The notes below the pieces were generated by a model. That model was given only the letters and a program-made list of their open reading frames with translations, did no database searches and had not been told where the DNA came from. The translations under genes were made by a program, and so were the position numbers. Below, piece after piece: positions 1 to 8,944 of a stretch of DNA of 64,000 bases. Each line of letters starts with the position of its first letter. The first letter of the stretch is position 1. The stretch is from the IMG/VR virus record IMGVR_UViG_3300032397_003421. One strand, written 5' to 3'. This DNA comes from an uncultured virus (IMG/VR IMGVR_UViG_3300032397_003421). Taxonomy: Duplodnaviria > Heunggongvirae > Uroviricota > Caudoviricetes.

Positions 1-2151
1 ATGAGTAGAACACAAATTATAGAAAAAGATCTTTCAGGATTTATAAATACTCTTGTTGATGAAACAGGAGCGATGGTTTTAACTACAGCAAAAGGAAAAT
101 CAACTCCAATGTATTTACAATCAGAAGAAGATTGTTTAAGAGAATTGGGTAGACCTTCTGCAACTTATCATGGAGTTTTTGAAGCAATTGCATTTACACG
201 AAGAGCCCCTTTATATGTAGCTTGTGCAATTGGAACTGGAGCAGTTTATGGTGGAGTAGATGTAGGTGCAGCAACTGTAACTACTTTTGGAGTTGGTAGA
301 ACACCTAGTACCTTTAATTATGGATCTACTTTAAAAGGAGCAACTCATTCAGTTGGGATAGGTACAGGTATTACAGCTACTTATTCAGGAATTATAACAA
401 ATATTCCAGTAGCTGATGAAGCTAATTTTAAAGTATTAGTTAATGGTTATGAAAAAGTTGTTACAATGGCGACAGGTGGTGCATTATCTGGAACAGATAT
501 TACAGCAGGTTCAGTAGTATTAGCAACAGGTGTATATTCAATTACATTTGCTGGAGTTGTTGGAAGTTATGCAACTGTTATTACGAATGTAAATTTTAGT
601 TCAACTTTAGATTTAAGTTTAGGATCAACAGATAAATATATTAAAATATCTATTGATGGTAATATTCAAACTATTAATCTTGGTCAATCTGCGACTACTT
701 CAAGAGCTTCTGTAATTTCTGCCATTAATTCAGCTTTTGGATATACTGCAGCAGTAGTCGATACAAATTATATTAGATTAACAGGAAGAAATGGAAGTAC
801 CATTGGTAGTATAACAGTTGAAACTCCTACAACAGGAGATTCAGCATTAACAATAGTTTTCAGTTCTGGTGGAACAAGTTTAACAGATATTGGATCTAAC
901 CCAACTTTATCAATTCCTAAATATGGAGAAGCAGTTATTTTTAATTATCATTATACAGTTGATACTTCTTCTGTAGTTTCTCATAGTTTTTTTACAACTT
1001 CTCCCTATATAGATGATTTAGCAGCTTCAATAACTTATGTATCTGGGAGTAAATTTACCTTAACCCTTTATAGAGTTCTTTCAACAGGCAATTCACTTCT
1101 TAATACTTATAATTATTCACTCATAAATGAAAAAAATGCATTTGGTAAATCTTTATATTATATAGACGTATTTGATGAAAATCCATATGTAACTTTTAAA
1201 CTTAATTCTGCTTTTGTTTCTACTCCATATACAGTTGCTTCTACAGCAATTGCATTTTCTGGTGGATCTAGGGGAGCTACTCCATTAACAGGGGATTATA
1301 CTACAGCATGGAATCAATTTCAATATGCTAATAAATATAAAGCTAAAATATTTATGGATGTATATGGTACACATGCATCAACAATAAATACTCTTATTCA
1401 AACTTATCAAACACAAGCACAAGGTATTACATGTGTTCCACTTGGTTATAGTGCTTCACAAGCTTTATCTTTTAGATCTGCACTAGCTCTTGATACAGAT
1501 GATATAGGACTTTATCATAATTGGGCTAAAATTCAAGATGATTATAATAATAGTTTTGCATGGATATCTCATGTAGGATCAGTAGGTAAAAAATTTGCTT
1601 ATATGTCAGATGTTTATGATGCTGCTGCTCCTGCAGGACTTGATGAAAATGGACATGGTGGACAATTAAATGATTGGTCAGTGAAAGAAGTAGAAATAGA
1701 TTATACTCAAGCAGAATTAGATTCTTTTTATAATGCTCAAATAAATCCATTACTACTTGATCCTTCTTATGGTTTATTAGCTTATGGAGATCAAACTCTT
1801 CAAGTAACGAATAGCGATACAAGTTTTGTAGGAACAAGACGAGTATATAAATATATGCTAGATGTTATTTCTAAACAAATTCTTAGAAAACAAGAATTTA
1901 AAATAAATGATCCTCTTCATAGACTTATGGCAAAAGTTCAAACAGAAGAATTTGTTGAACCTATTAGAGCGAATGGTTGGATCCGGGAATTCAAAATTGT
2001 GTGTGATTCTAGTAACAATACTGATATTGTTTTAAATAATCGTCAATTTATTTTGGATTTTTACTGTAAAATAACTCCAACAAGTGAGTGGATTATTTTA
2101 AGACTTACACGAGTTTCTCAAACAATTTCTATTGAAAGTTTAATAATTTAA
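1..2151 (+). CDS. Contractile tail sheath protein
   Basis: 716 aa; C-terminus INPLLLD..YGDQTLQ..SFVGTRR..FKIND..FKIVCDSSNNT..ILDFYCKIT is typical of the sheath C-terminal domain; precedes the tube gene. Confidence 0.9.
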   Translation: MSRTQIIEKDLSGFINTLVDETGAMVLTTAKGKSTPMYLQSEEDCLRELGRPSATYHGVFEAIAFTRRAPLYVACAIGTGAVYGGVDVGAATVTTFGVGRTPSTFNYGSTLKGATHSVGIGTGITATYSGIITNIPVADEANFKVLVNGYEKVVTMATGGALSGTDITAGSVVLATGVYSITFAGVVGSYATVITNVNFSSTLDLSLGSTDKYIKISIDGNIQTINLGQSATTSRASVISAINSAFGYTAAVVDTNYIRLTGRNGSTIGSITVETPTTGDSALTIVFSSGGTSLTDIGSNPTLSIPKYGEAVIFNYHYTVDTSSVVSHSFFTTSPYIDDLAASITYVSGSKFTLTLYRVLSTGNSLLNTYNYSLINEKNAFGKSLYYIDVFDENPYVTFKLNSAFVSTPYTVASTAIAFSGGSRGATPLTGDYTTAWNQFQYANKYKAKIFMDVYGTHASTINTLIQTYQTQAQGITCVPLGYSASQALSFRSALALDTDDIGLYHNWAKIQDDYNNSFAWISHVGSVGKKFAYMSDVYDAAAPAGLDENGHGGQLNDWSVKEVEIDYTQAELDSFYNAQINPLLLDPSYGLLAYGDQTLQVTNSDTSFVGTRRVYKYMLDVISKQILRKQEFKINDPLHRLMAKVQTEEFVEPIRANGWIREFKIVCDSSNNTDIVLNNRQFILDFYCKITPTSEWIILRLTRVSQTISIESLII

Positions 2152-2157
2152 AAATAA

Positions 2158-2196
2158 ATTAGTACTGTAAATAAAACTTTTATTTACAGTACTAAT
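2158..2196. terminator. Perfect 19-bp inverted repeat between sheath and tube genes (hairpin overlapping a late-promoter motif)
   Basis: attagtactgtaaataaaa-c-ttttatttacagtactaat. Confidence 0.55.
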
Positions 2197-2197
2197 A
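2190..2197 (+). promoter_or_regulatory. Putative late promoter TACTAATA
   Basis: Motif recurs about 23-40 nt upstream of several start codons. Confidence 0.6.
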
Positions 2198-2232
2198 TAA
2201 AATAATTTTGAAAAAGATAAGAGGTAAAATAA

Positions 2233-2745
2233 ATGACAATTTCTACTGATCAGATACTTTCGCTTGGTGATGACGCTTTGGCCAGCCAGTTCTCAATTAT
2301 ATTTCCAAATGGTATTCCAGGTGGTGGAGATGCAAATGCAATATCTTTAAGATGTGACCAAACTTTTGATCCACCTGAAGATGTAGTAAATGTATATGAA
2401 ATATTTAGAAAAGGTTTTAAAATTCCTAAAACAGGTATGTTACAAGAAACTACTAAAGAATTTACAATAGATATAAGACTTGATCAAGCTTGGAAAGTAT
2501 ATGATGATATGCGAAAATGGGCTGATATGTCTTATGATCATAGTAATGGTACAGCTCTTCCAGAAAGAATGGCTAGAAGTACTGTTATAATTCAAGCAGA
2601 AGATAGAACACAAGCAGGAGTAAAATCAATTAGTTTTAAATATGCCAAGCCAAAGTCTGTTAAAATTCAAACATTTGACAATCAATCAGGCGATCCTTTA
2701 CGAATTACTGTTATTTTTATTTATGTAGTAATGACGGTAGAATAG
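2233..2745 (+). CDS. Tail tube protein (T4 gp19-like)
   Basis: 170 aa directly after the sheath; GAGGT RBS; size and F-x-I-x-F...W pattern fit tube proteins. Confidence 0.7.
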   Translation: MTISTDQILSLGDDALASQFSIIFPNGIPGGGDANAISLRCDQTFDPPEDVVNVYEIFRKGFKIPKTGMLQETTKEFTIDIRLDQAWKVYDDMRKWADMSYDHSNGTALPERMARSTVIIQAEDRTQAGVKSISFKYAKPKSVKIQTFDNQSGDPLRITVIFIYVVMTVE

Positions 2746-3377
2746 TGGCAATAGCAAACAATATTATAAATACTTATAAAAAAGGAGTAGATACTGCAGG
2801 AATACTTAATGAAGCTGATATTGCTATATTAAGTAATACTTCTATGCAGCATAAGTGTTTATTTGAAATGATTATTTATCCAGAAACTTTTCCTTCTACT
2901 GCTGGTGGAATTGTTTTAACTTCATTAGATACAATAATCATGAAATTTAATTTATATTCGATCAATGATATTCCTTTAGTTGGATTTGAATATCAACGAT
3001 ACGGTGGAATGAATTATATAAAAGATATGATATATCCAGATACTTTTAATTGTACTTTTATTGAGAATGGAACTGGTAGTGTAAAAGGATATTTTAGAAA
3101 ATGGCAAGATGCAATAGCTGTATATACTCCAGCATTAGGAACATTAAAGAGAGATTATCTTTTTAAAGATAATCAAGATGATAGTAAAAGAACAGGTTTA
3201 ATTATTCCTCTTCAAACAGATATGTTACCTTCTCCAGAATGGATAAAAATAGATGGAATGAAATTTAAAAATATAACGGGTATTGGTTATGATCATACTT
3301 CAGGAGAAAATGAGATATTAACTACAGAATTTACTTGTGATAGTATCAGATTATCATTAGGCACGTCTGCATTATAA
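2745..3377 (+). CDS. Tail tube-like / baseplate-tube junction protein (gp48/gp54-like)
   Basis: GTG start overlapping the tube stop codon; tube-like pattern TFIEN..YFRKWQD..EFTCD; synteny. Confidence 0.5.
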   Translation: MAIANNIINTYKKGVDTAGILNEADIAILSNTSMQHKCLFEMIIYPETFPSTAGGIVLTSLDTIIMKFNLYSINDIPLVGFEYQRYGGMNYIKDMIYPDTFNCTFIENGTGSVKGYFRKWQDAIAVYTPALGTLKRDYLFKDNQDDSKRTGLIIPLQTDMLPSPEWIKIDGMKFKNITGIGYDHTSGENEILTTEFTCDSIRLSLGTSAL

Positions 3378-3384
3378 GTCAACA

Positions 3385-3392
3385 TACTAATA
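3385..3392 (+). promoter_or_regulatory. Putative late promoter TACTAATA
   Basis: Recurrent motif, 32 nt upstream of ATG 3424. Confidence 0.6.
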
Positions 3393-3423
3393 AAAAGTAT
3401 TTAATAATTAAAGGAGAATATAC

Positions 3424-4596
3424 ATGGCTGAAAGTTTTATATTAAAACCAGAAGAGGTAGCAAGAAGAAGAAATCAAACAATAGAAAATAAAAAATTAGA
3501 AGAACAAACAGAAAAAGAAAATGAATTTCAAAATACAGCAGGATTAGTTAAAATTAATTATGAATCCCAAGGAAGATTTGGAACACCTACTACTCTTTAT
3601 TTTGATGATTTTAATGGTCAACACATTAATGATATTGAATTATCTACTCAAGATAATCTTCTAGAAAATTTAATTGTTATTCTTAACAATTTAAAAAGAA
3701 ATGAACCAAATTTTAATATTAAAGATATGAGTGCAGAAGATTTATTAGAAACACTCATTGCAATAAAACAACAATTTGAAGGTAATACTCATATTCATTA
3801 TTGGGTATGTAATTGTCAATCTGAAAAAAGCGATAAAGATAGAATCATAAATGAACTTATTCTTGAATTATCAGATCTTAATTTTAAATCAATGACTCAG
3901 GTTGATGAAGAAATGAAAAAATTCTTAACTGAAAGATTTGCTGAAATGACTTCAGATGAATTTAAACAATATCTATTAGTTAAATATAAAACTAATCCTT
4001 TAGATGATATTGATACTTATACCAAAGAAGAGGAAATATCAAAAGTATTAGTGAAGGAACCCTTCCATATTATTGCACAAAAAGATATATATACAATAAG
4101 ATATCCTAGACTTGAAGATATAATTAAAGCAAAAAAATATGCAGATAAATTATATGGATCTAAAATAAAAAATATTCAAAATAGACGAGAAGCAAATGTT
4201 CCTCTTTATGAATTAAAAGAAAAAAAAGAAAATGAAATAAAAGAATTAAAAGACGAACAAGCAAAAGTAATAGTTCTTTATGCAAAATCAATGATGTTAA
4301 TAACTAAAAATAATTTAATTCTTTCTGATAGTGAAAAATATGAGGAATTTAAAAATGTTATTAAACGTAAAACAATGAGAAATATAGAAGATTTATTTGA
4401 AAATATTTCTTTTGGTCTACAAACGGAAACAGAGCTGATTTGCCCTTTATGTGGTGAATCGGAAAAGAGGTTACTTCGGGATTTCATCGATCCAAGACAA
4501 CTTCTCCCCCTCAATTATCGTAAACAAGATTCAGGAAATGATGCCCAGAGAAAATCTCAACTCAATTCAGGACTTGATTTTTATTTTGGTATATAG
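3424..4596 (+). CDS. Baseplate hub assembly protein / tail assembly chaperone (T4 gp26-like)
   Basis: IRYPRLED motif, C-terminal CPLC and terminal GLDFYFG resemble gp26-like proteins; AAGGAG RBS; lies upstream of the tape measure. Confidence 0.55.
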   Translation: MAESFILKPEEVARRRNQTIENKKLEEQTEKENEFQNTAGLVKINYESQGRFGTPTTLYFDDFNGQHINDIELSTQDNLLENLIVILNNLKRNEPNFNIKDMSAEDLLETLIAIKQQFEGNTHIHYWVCNCQSEKSDKDRIINELILELSDLNFKSMTQVDEEMKKFLTERFAEMTSDEFKQYLLVKYKTNPLDDIDTYTKEEEISKVLVKEPFHIIAQKDIYTIRYPRLEDIIKAKKYADKLYGSKIKNIQNRREANVPLYELKEKKENEIKELKDEQAKVIVLYAKSMMLITKNNLILSDSEKYEEFKNVIKRKTMRNIEDLFENISFGLQTETELICPLCGESEKRLLRDFIDPRQLLPLNYRKQDSGNDAQRKSQLNSGLDFYFGI

Positions 4597-4735
4597 AGTT
4601 GGATTGTCTGAAACTGAAATACTTAAAATGAAAAGATGGATTCTTAAAAAAAGACTGAATCAATATGAAATTTATCAAAAAGCTAAACAAGCTGAAATGA
4701 AAAAAGCAACAAGTCAAATACCTTCTTTCAAATAG
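4538..4735 (+). CDS. Small baseplate hub assembly catalyst (T4 gp51-like)
   Basis: LIFILVYRVGLSETEILKMKRW resembles the gp51-like pattern; overlaps the end of the gp26-like gene; start taken at ATG 4538 within track ORF 4451-4735. Confidence 0.5.
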   Translation: MMPRENLNSIQDLIFILVYRVGLSETEILKMKRWILKKRLNQYEIYQKAKQAEMKKATSQIPSFK

Positions 4736-4748
4736 AAGGTATTATTTT

Positions 4749-4756
4749 TACTAATA
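4749..4756 (+). promoter_or_regulatory. Putative late promoter TACTAATA
   Basis: 23 nt upstream of ATG 4779. Confidence 0.6.
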
Positions 4757-4778
4757 AATAAAAATAGGAGGTTTATAA

Positions 4779-6572
4779 ATGGAAGATAGTTTTGTAATGC
4801 CTGATTTTAATAAACCTCTTAGTAAGGAATTAAAAAAAGAAGAAATAAAAGTTAATAAAATATACACCCCTTTTATGATAAAATTTTTTGGTGGCAATGG
4901 TATGTTTACTATGGCTATCAAAGGTCTACATAAAATGCTTATTACTAGATTTACTCGTTTAATAGAAATTGTAGAAAAAGTATATGGAGAAACAGAATCA
5001 GGAAATAAATTCGATAAAAAAAATGAACCAAAAGATGGAGATAAGAAAAAACAATCTTGGATAACAGAAAAATGGCAAAAAGTTATTAAATCTAATTTCT
5101 TTCAAAAAACTTTAGGATTTTTAAAAGGAATGGCATCAGTAAGTTTTATTACTACTCTTATTACCTTTTTAATATTACTTAGAATGGGAATTATACAAAA
5201 ATTTCTTCCTTGGTTCCTCAGTATTATTGAAAGTGCTATAACAGGGTTAATTAAATTTATACCGACTCTCTTAAAATTCTTTTGGAAGTTATTAACTAAA
5301 ATTATACCTAGTATTTTAAAAACAATTTTTAGAACTATTTTTAAAATGTTAGGTATAGAAAATAAAACATTACTTAAATTTGCTGATTTTATTGCACAAT
5401 GGTTACCACTTCTAATAGCAGGTATTTGGTTAATATCTACAATAATGCCAATAATAACTACTGTAGCTGGTGTTATAGGTGCTCTAAGTCTACCCATTGT
5501 TGCATTAGTTGCAGCTGTTGCATTATTAGGATATTTAATATATGATAATTGGGCTCTTATTAAACCAATGTTAATGGATATGTTTAATGAAATTAAATCA
5601 TTTTTTAATAATTATATAGTTCCTATGTTACCATATTTAAAGATAGTTGGTAAATTTTTATTTAAAATTCTTGGCATTATTTTTATGGGAATAATAAAGA
5701 TAATTAAAGCTATTATATTATTTCCTATTAGACTCATTGAAGGATTATATGCTTTTATAATAGGAGCAATTGCTGTTTTCAAAACAGGATATATTGTACT
5801 TAGTAATATATTTAGATCTGTTTTTATAGACCCTGTTGAAATCTTCTTTAAAGCATTATCTACTTTTATAATAGGAGCAATTGCTGTTTTCAAAACAGGG
5901 TATATTATACTTAGTAATATATTTAGATCTATTTTTATAAACCCTATTAAAAGATTATTTAAAGCATTATCTACTTTTATAATAGGAGCAATTGCTGTTT
6001 TCAAAACAGGATATATTGTACTTAGTAATATATTTAGATCTGTTTTTATAGACCCTATTAAAAGATTATTTAAAGCATTATCTAAAGCAGCAGCTCCAGT
6101 ACTTAAAAAATTAACTCCTGTAATAAATATGATAAGTAGTCTTTTTAGTACAGTTGCTAGTGGAGTAACTTTTGCAATGTCTACTGTAACTAAAGTTATA
6201 AGTGATTTATTAGATTGGATTGGAGCTGTTTCTGATTATGGTATAATGGATTATAAAGAACATAAACAACAAATAGAGGCTTCTGAAAAAGAAGCTGCAC
6301 AATCAATTGTTGTTCAAGCGGCAAAAACAGATGCAACAGAAAAACAACTAAAAGCAAGTGGACAATTAACTGCAAAAGAAATTCAAGATGTTCTACAACT
6401 AAGAGAATTATCAAAAGAAACTGGGGTATCTACTACTCGATTAGCAGCAGCTAAACAAACTGGATTATTAACTGATTTAAATGTCAGTTCAAAACAAACT
6501 AAAACTATTCAAGCAATGAGTTTTTCATTAAGTAAAACTGGAACATTTAAATTAGTTGAAAAAGGGCAATAA
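4779..6572 (+). CDS. Tail tape measure protein
   Basis: 597 aa; amphipathic and hydrophobic helical repeats with regularly spaced W/F; position between chaperones and baseplate genes. Confidence 0.7.
   Translation: MEDSFVMPDFNKPLSKELKKEEIKVNKIYTPFMIKFFGGNGMFTMAIKGLHKMLITRFTRLIEIVEKVYGETESGNKFDKKNEPKDGDKKKQSWITEKWQKVIKSNFFQKTLGFLKGMASVSFITTLITFLILLRMGIIQKFLPWFLSIIESAITGLIKFIPTLLKFFWKLLTKIIPSILKTIFRTIFKMLGIENKTLLKFADFIAQWLPLLIAGIWLISTIMPIITTVAGVIGALSLPIVALVAAVALLGYLIYDNWALIKPMLMDMFNEIKSFFNNYIVPMLPYLKIVGKFLFKILGIIFMGIIKIIKAIILFPIRLIEGLYAFIIGAIAVFKTGYIVLSNIFRSVFIDPVEIFFKALSTFIIGAIAVFKTGYIILSNIFRSIFINPIKRLFKALSTFIIGAIAVFKTGYIVLSNIFRSVFIDPIKRLFKALSKAAAPVLKKLTPVINMISSLFSTVASGVTFAMSTVTKVISDLLDWIGAVSDYGIMDYKEHKQQIEASEKEAAQSIVVQAAKTDATEKQLKASGQLTAKEIQDVLQLRELSKETGVSTTRLAAAKQTGLLTDLNVSSKQTKTIQAMSFSLSKTGTFKLVEKGQ
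5752..6083 (+). repeat. Three near-identical 111-bp (37-aa) tandem repeats in the tape measure gene
   Basis: ataggagcaattgctgttttcaaaacagg starts at 5760, 5871 and 5982. Confidence 0.95.
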
Positions 6573-7292
6573 ATGAATAGAATAATAATAACATTTACAA
6601 CCCCTGATTTAACATCAACTTTAGAATACCCTATTATGGAAGATTTTCAGATAGAAACAGTAACTGAATTTAGTTCTTTTGCTGAGTTGTGTCCTACAAT
6701 TTCTTCTCTTGTTGATTTAGGAATAACATATGAATCTGCTTCTTCAGGAGGGGTATCTGTTGCAGGGTTTAATTTAAGATCCGTTCTCGACGCTCCTAGA
6801 TGGCAAAGAACTAATCCAGTAAAAATAACTCTTGATATGTTTTTTTACACAAAAACAAATCCAGTAACAGATGTACTTATTCCTATGAATGCATTACTTG
6901 GAGCTCATTTACCTAGATTTGTAGAAGGAAAAATTAAAGTTCCAGGGCTGAATGCAACAAATGTTAGTGATGTTAATAAAATAATTGGTGCGGCTAAAGA
7001 AAAAAGTACTGCATTAATTGAGGAATTGGGTGGTGGAAAAACAGGAGAAAAAGAACTTAGAAATATTCTTGAATCTCAATATAGTGCTTTATTTTCTGTT
7101 TTAATTCCTGGAGTTGTTTTTCTTCCTGTAGCTTTTATTTTTGCAATTGCTCCAACATATTCTAAACATGTTACAGAAAAAGGATATCCACTATGGGCAA
7201 GTGCTAATTTACAAATACAAAGTTTAACTCCTGCATTAGCTGAATATTTTAGAGATGGAATGAATTATACTGCTGGTGGAATTGAAAGATAG
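6573..7292 (+). CDS. Virion structural protein (probable tube initiator / baseplate)
   Basis: 239 aa, abuts the tape measure stop codon; synteny only. Confidence 0.45.
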   Translation: MNRIIITFTTPDLTSTLEYPIMEDFQIETVTEFSSFAELCPTISSLVDLGITYESASSGGVSVAGFNLRSVLDAPRWQRTNPVKITLDMFFYTKTNPVTDVLIPMNALLGAHLPRFVEGKIKVPGLNATNVSDVNKIIGAAKEKSTALIEELGGGKTGEKELRNILESQYSALFSVLIPGVVFLPVAFIFAIAPTYSKHVTEKGYPLWASANLQIQSLTPALAEYFRDGMNYTAGGIER

Positions 7293-7300
7293 GAATATTT

Positions 7301-7600
7301 ATGAGAGAAAAAGTACAATTAATATTAGATGAAACAGATGGAAATGTAATAAGAGATTCAGTATCTGTTGTATGGAAAGACTTTAAATGGACAAATGGAT
7401 ATTATAAACATAAAATATCTAAAATAGAGATAGAACGCCCATATTTAATTTCTCAAAGTTATTATGGTATAATAGATTATTGGGATATTATATTACTTTT
7501 AAATAATATTGAAGATATATTTGAAATTGTTCCTTTAAGTGAATTATTTATTCCAAAATTAGACGATATAAAACAATTCATTTTAGATAATCGTAAATAA
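7301..7600 (+). CDS. Baseplate wedge protein (gp53 / LysM-like tail X)
   Basis: ERPYLISQSYYG..YWDIILLLNNIED..LFIP motif. Confidence 0.75.
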   Translation: MREKVQLILDETDGNVIRDSVSVVWKDFKWTNGYYKHKISKIEIERPYLISQSYYGIIDYWDIILLLNNIEDIFEIVPLSELFIPKLDDIKQFILDNRK

Positions 7601-7612
7601 AAGGAGTTTATA

Positions 7613-8311
7613 GTGCAAGGACCATTTCCAGCTAAAGTTATAAATAATAATGATACAAAAAAGAAAGGAAGAATTCAAATAAAAATTGAACATCTTCATT
7701 ATAATATAAAAAATTCTGAACTTCCATGGGCAAAACAGTATTCACTTGCAACAGGTGGAAGCGGTACTTATGGTAAATCAAGTATACCTGAAAATAACTC
7801 TTATGTATGGATAGGATATGAAGATGTAGATGAGTTAATGAGACAACCCTATTATTTAGCAGATATTCATTTTAGTAATTTACATCCTCATAATTTATTT
7901 GAAAATAATATTAAATCTTCTATTGGATCAGCAGCAGCATACCCTAATGCTAAATATACTTATTATCCTAATGGAATATGTATAGGAGTAGATAGTAGTT
8001 CAGGAAATAAAGAAATTTTTATTTATCATCCAACAGCTTCTATATTTATAGATAAAAATGGTAAAATTAAAATAAAAGCTACAGAGATAGAATTACTTGG
8101 AGGAACAACTCCTTCTGAAAGTTCTATTTTAGGAGAAACTTTAAAAACTACATTAGAAGCAATACTAGATCAAATTATTGCACATACTCATCCTTATATA
8201 AATGTTGCTGCACCTGCAGTTACTTCTCCTCCTGGAAATGCTGCTGCATTTACATTAATAAAAACAACACAAGTACCAACTACTTTATCTTTAAAAATAA
8301 AAAATAATTAA
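7613..8311 (+). CDS. Baseplate spike / hub protein (gp5 N-terminal OB fold, gpV-like)
   Basis: AKVINNNDTKKKGRIQIKI..LPWA..IPENNSYVWI; C-terminal HTH metal-binding tripeptide. Confidence 0.8.
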   Translation: MQGPFPAKVINNNDTKKKGRIQIKIEHLHYNIKNSELPWAKQYSLATGGSGTYGKSSIPENNSYVWIGYEDVDELMRQPYYLADIHFSNLHPHNLFENNIKSSIGSAAAYPNAKYTYYPNGICIGVDSSSGNKEIFIYHPTASIFIDKNGKIKIKATEIELLGGTTPSESSILGETLKTTLEAILDQIIAHTHPYINVAAPAVTSPPGNAAAFTLIKTTQVPTTLSLKIKNN

Positions 8312-8316
8312 ATTAT

Positions 8317-8324
8317 TACTAATA
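8317..8324 (+). promoter_or_regulatory. Putative late promoter TACTAATA
   Basis: 24 nt upstream of ATG 8348. Confidence 0.6.
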
Positions 8325-8347
8325 AATAATATAATTAGGGGTATAGA

Positions 8348-8935
8348 ATGGCGGTTTTTCAAGATATTGATTTGTATGGAAGAGATAATGCAGATGGAAC
8401 TCCTATAACTTATTATTCTGCTGATGCCATTAAAAATGCACTTACTCAATGGGCGAATTCTAAAAGAGGAGATTATTTAATGGCACCAGGAGCTGGTGGA
8501 GCATTAGATAATTTTGTATTTAAAACACTAACAACTGAAAATCTTTTAATTTTAAAAACTCAACTACTTACAGCATTAGTAAATCAATTTAGTCCTTCTA
8601 TTACAGTTATTGATATAACTATTACTCCTGATTATCAAAATAGAATAACAGAAATTGAAGTAACATATTCTATTCCAGAAGAAGGAATAACTGATTCAAT
8701 AGCATTATTTATAAATACAGCTTTTAGTACTACTTCTTTTGAATATGAAATTGTTAGTTATATTGAACATAATTTATTAGAATTTGTAACAATTAAGAAA
8801 CCAGATCAAAGCTCTAATCGTTTAATATATGATTATGATATAAATAGTTGGAAATATGGAAAATATAAATTTGTTAATCTTTTACCAACAGATCCATATT
8901 TTACAGATATATTATTTATTTGCAATGGAAGTTAG
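8348..8935 (+). CDS. Baseplate wedge protein (gp25/gpW-like)
   Basis: AIKNAL..SKRGDYLMAPGAGG..FSPSITVIDI..IEVTYSI pattern. Confidence 0.75.
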   Translation: MAVFQDIDLYGRDNADGTPITYYSADAIKNALTQWANSKRGDYLMAPGAGGALDNFVFKTLTTENLLILKTQLLTALVNQFSPSITVIDITITPDYQNRITEIEVTYSIPEEGITDSIALFINTAFSTTSFEYEIVSYIEHNLLEFVTIKKPDQSSNRLIYDYDINSWKYGKYKFVNLLPTDPYFTDILFICNGS

Positions 8936-8944
8936 AGGTTTAAT

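Noticed and set aside
4451..4735. Programmed frameshift (lambda G/GT-type) tail chaperone
   Set aside because: The second ORF is in the +1 frame, has its own ATG at 4538 and resembles gp51. The upstream protein has a natural gp26-like C-terminus, and I saw no clear slippery site.
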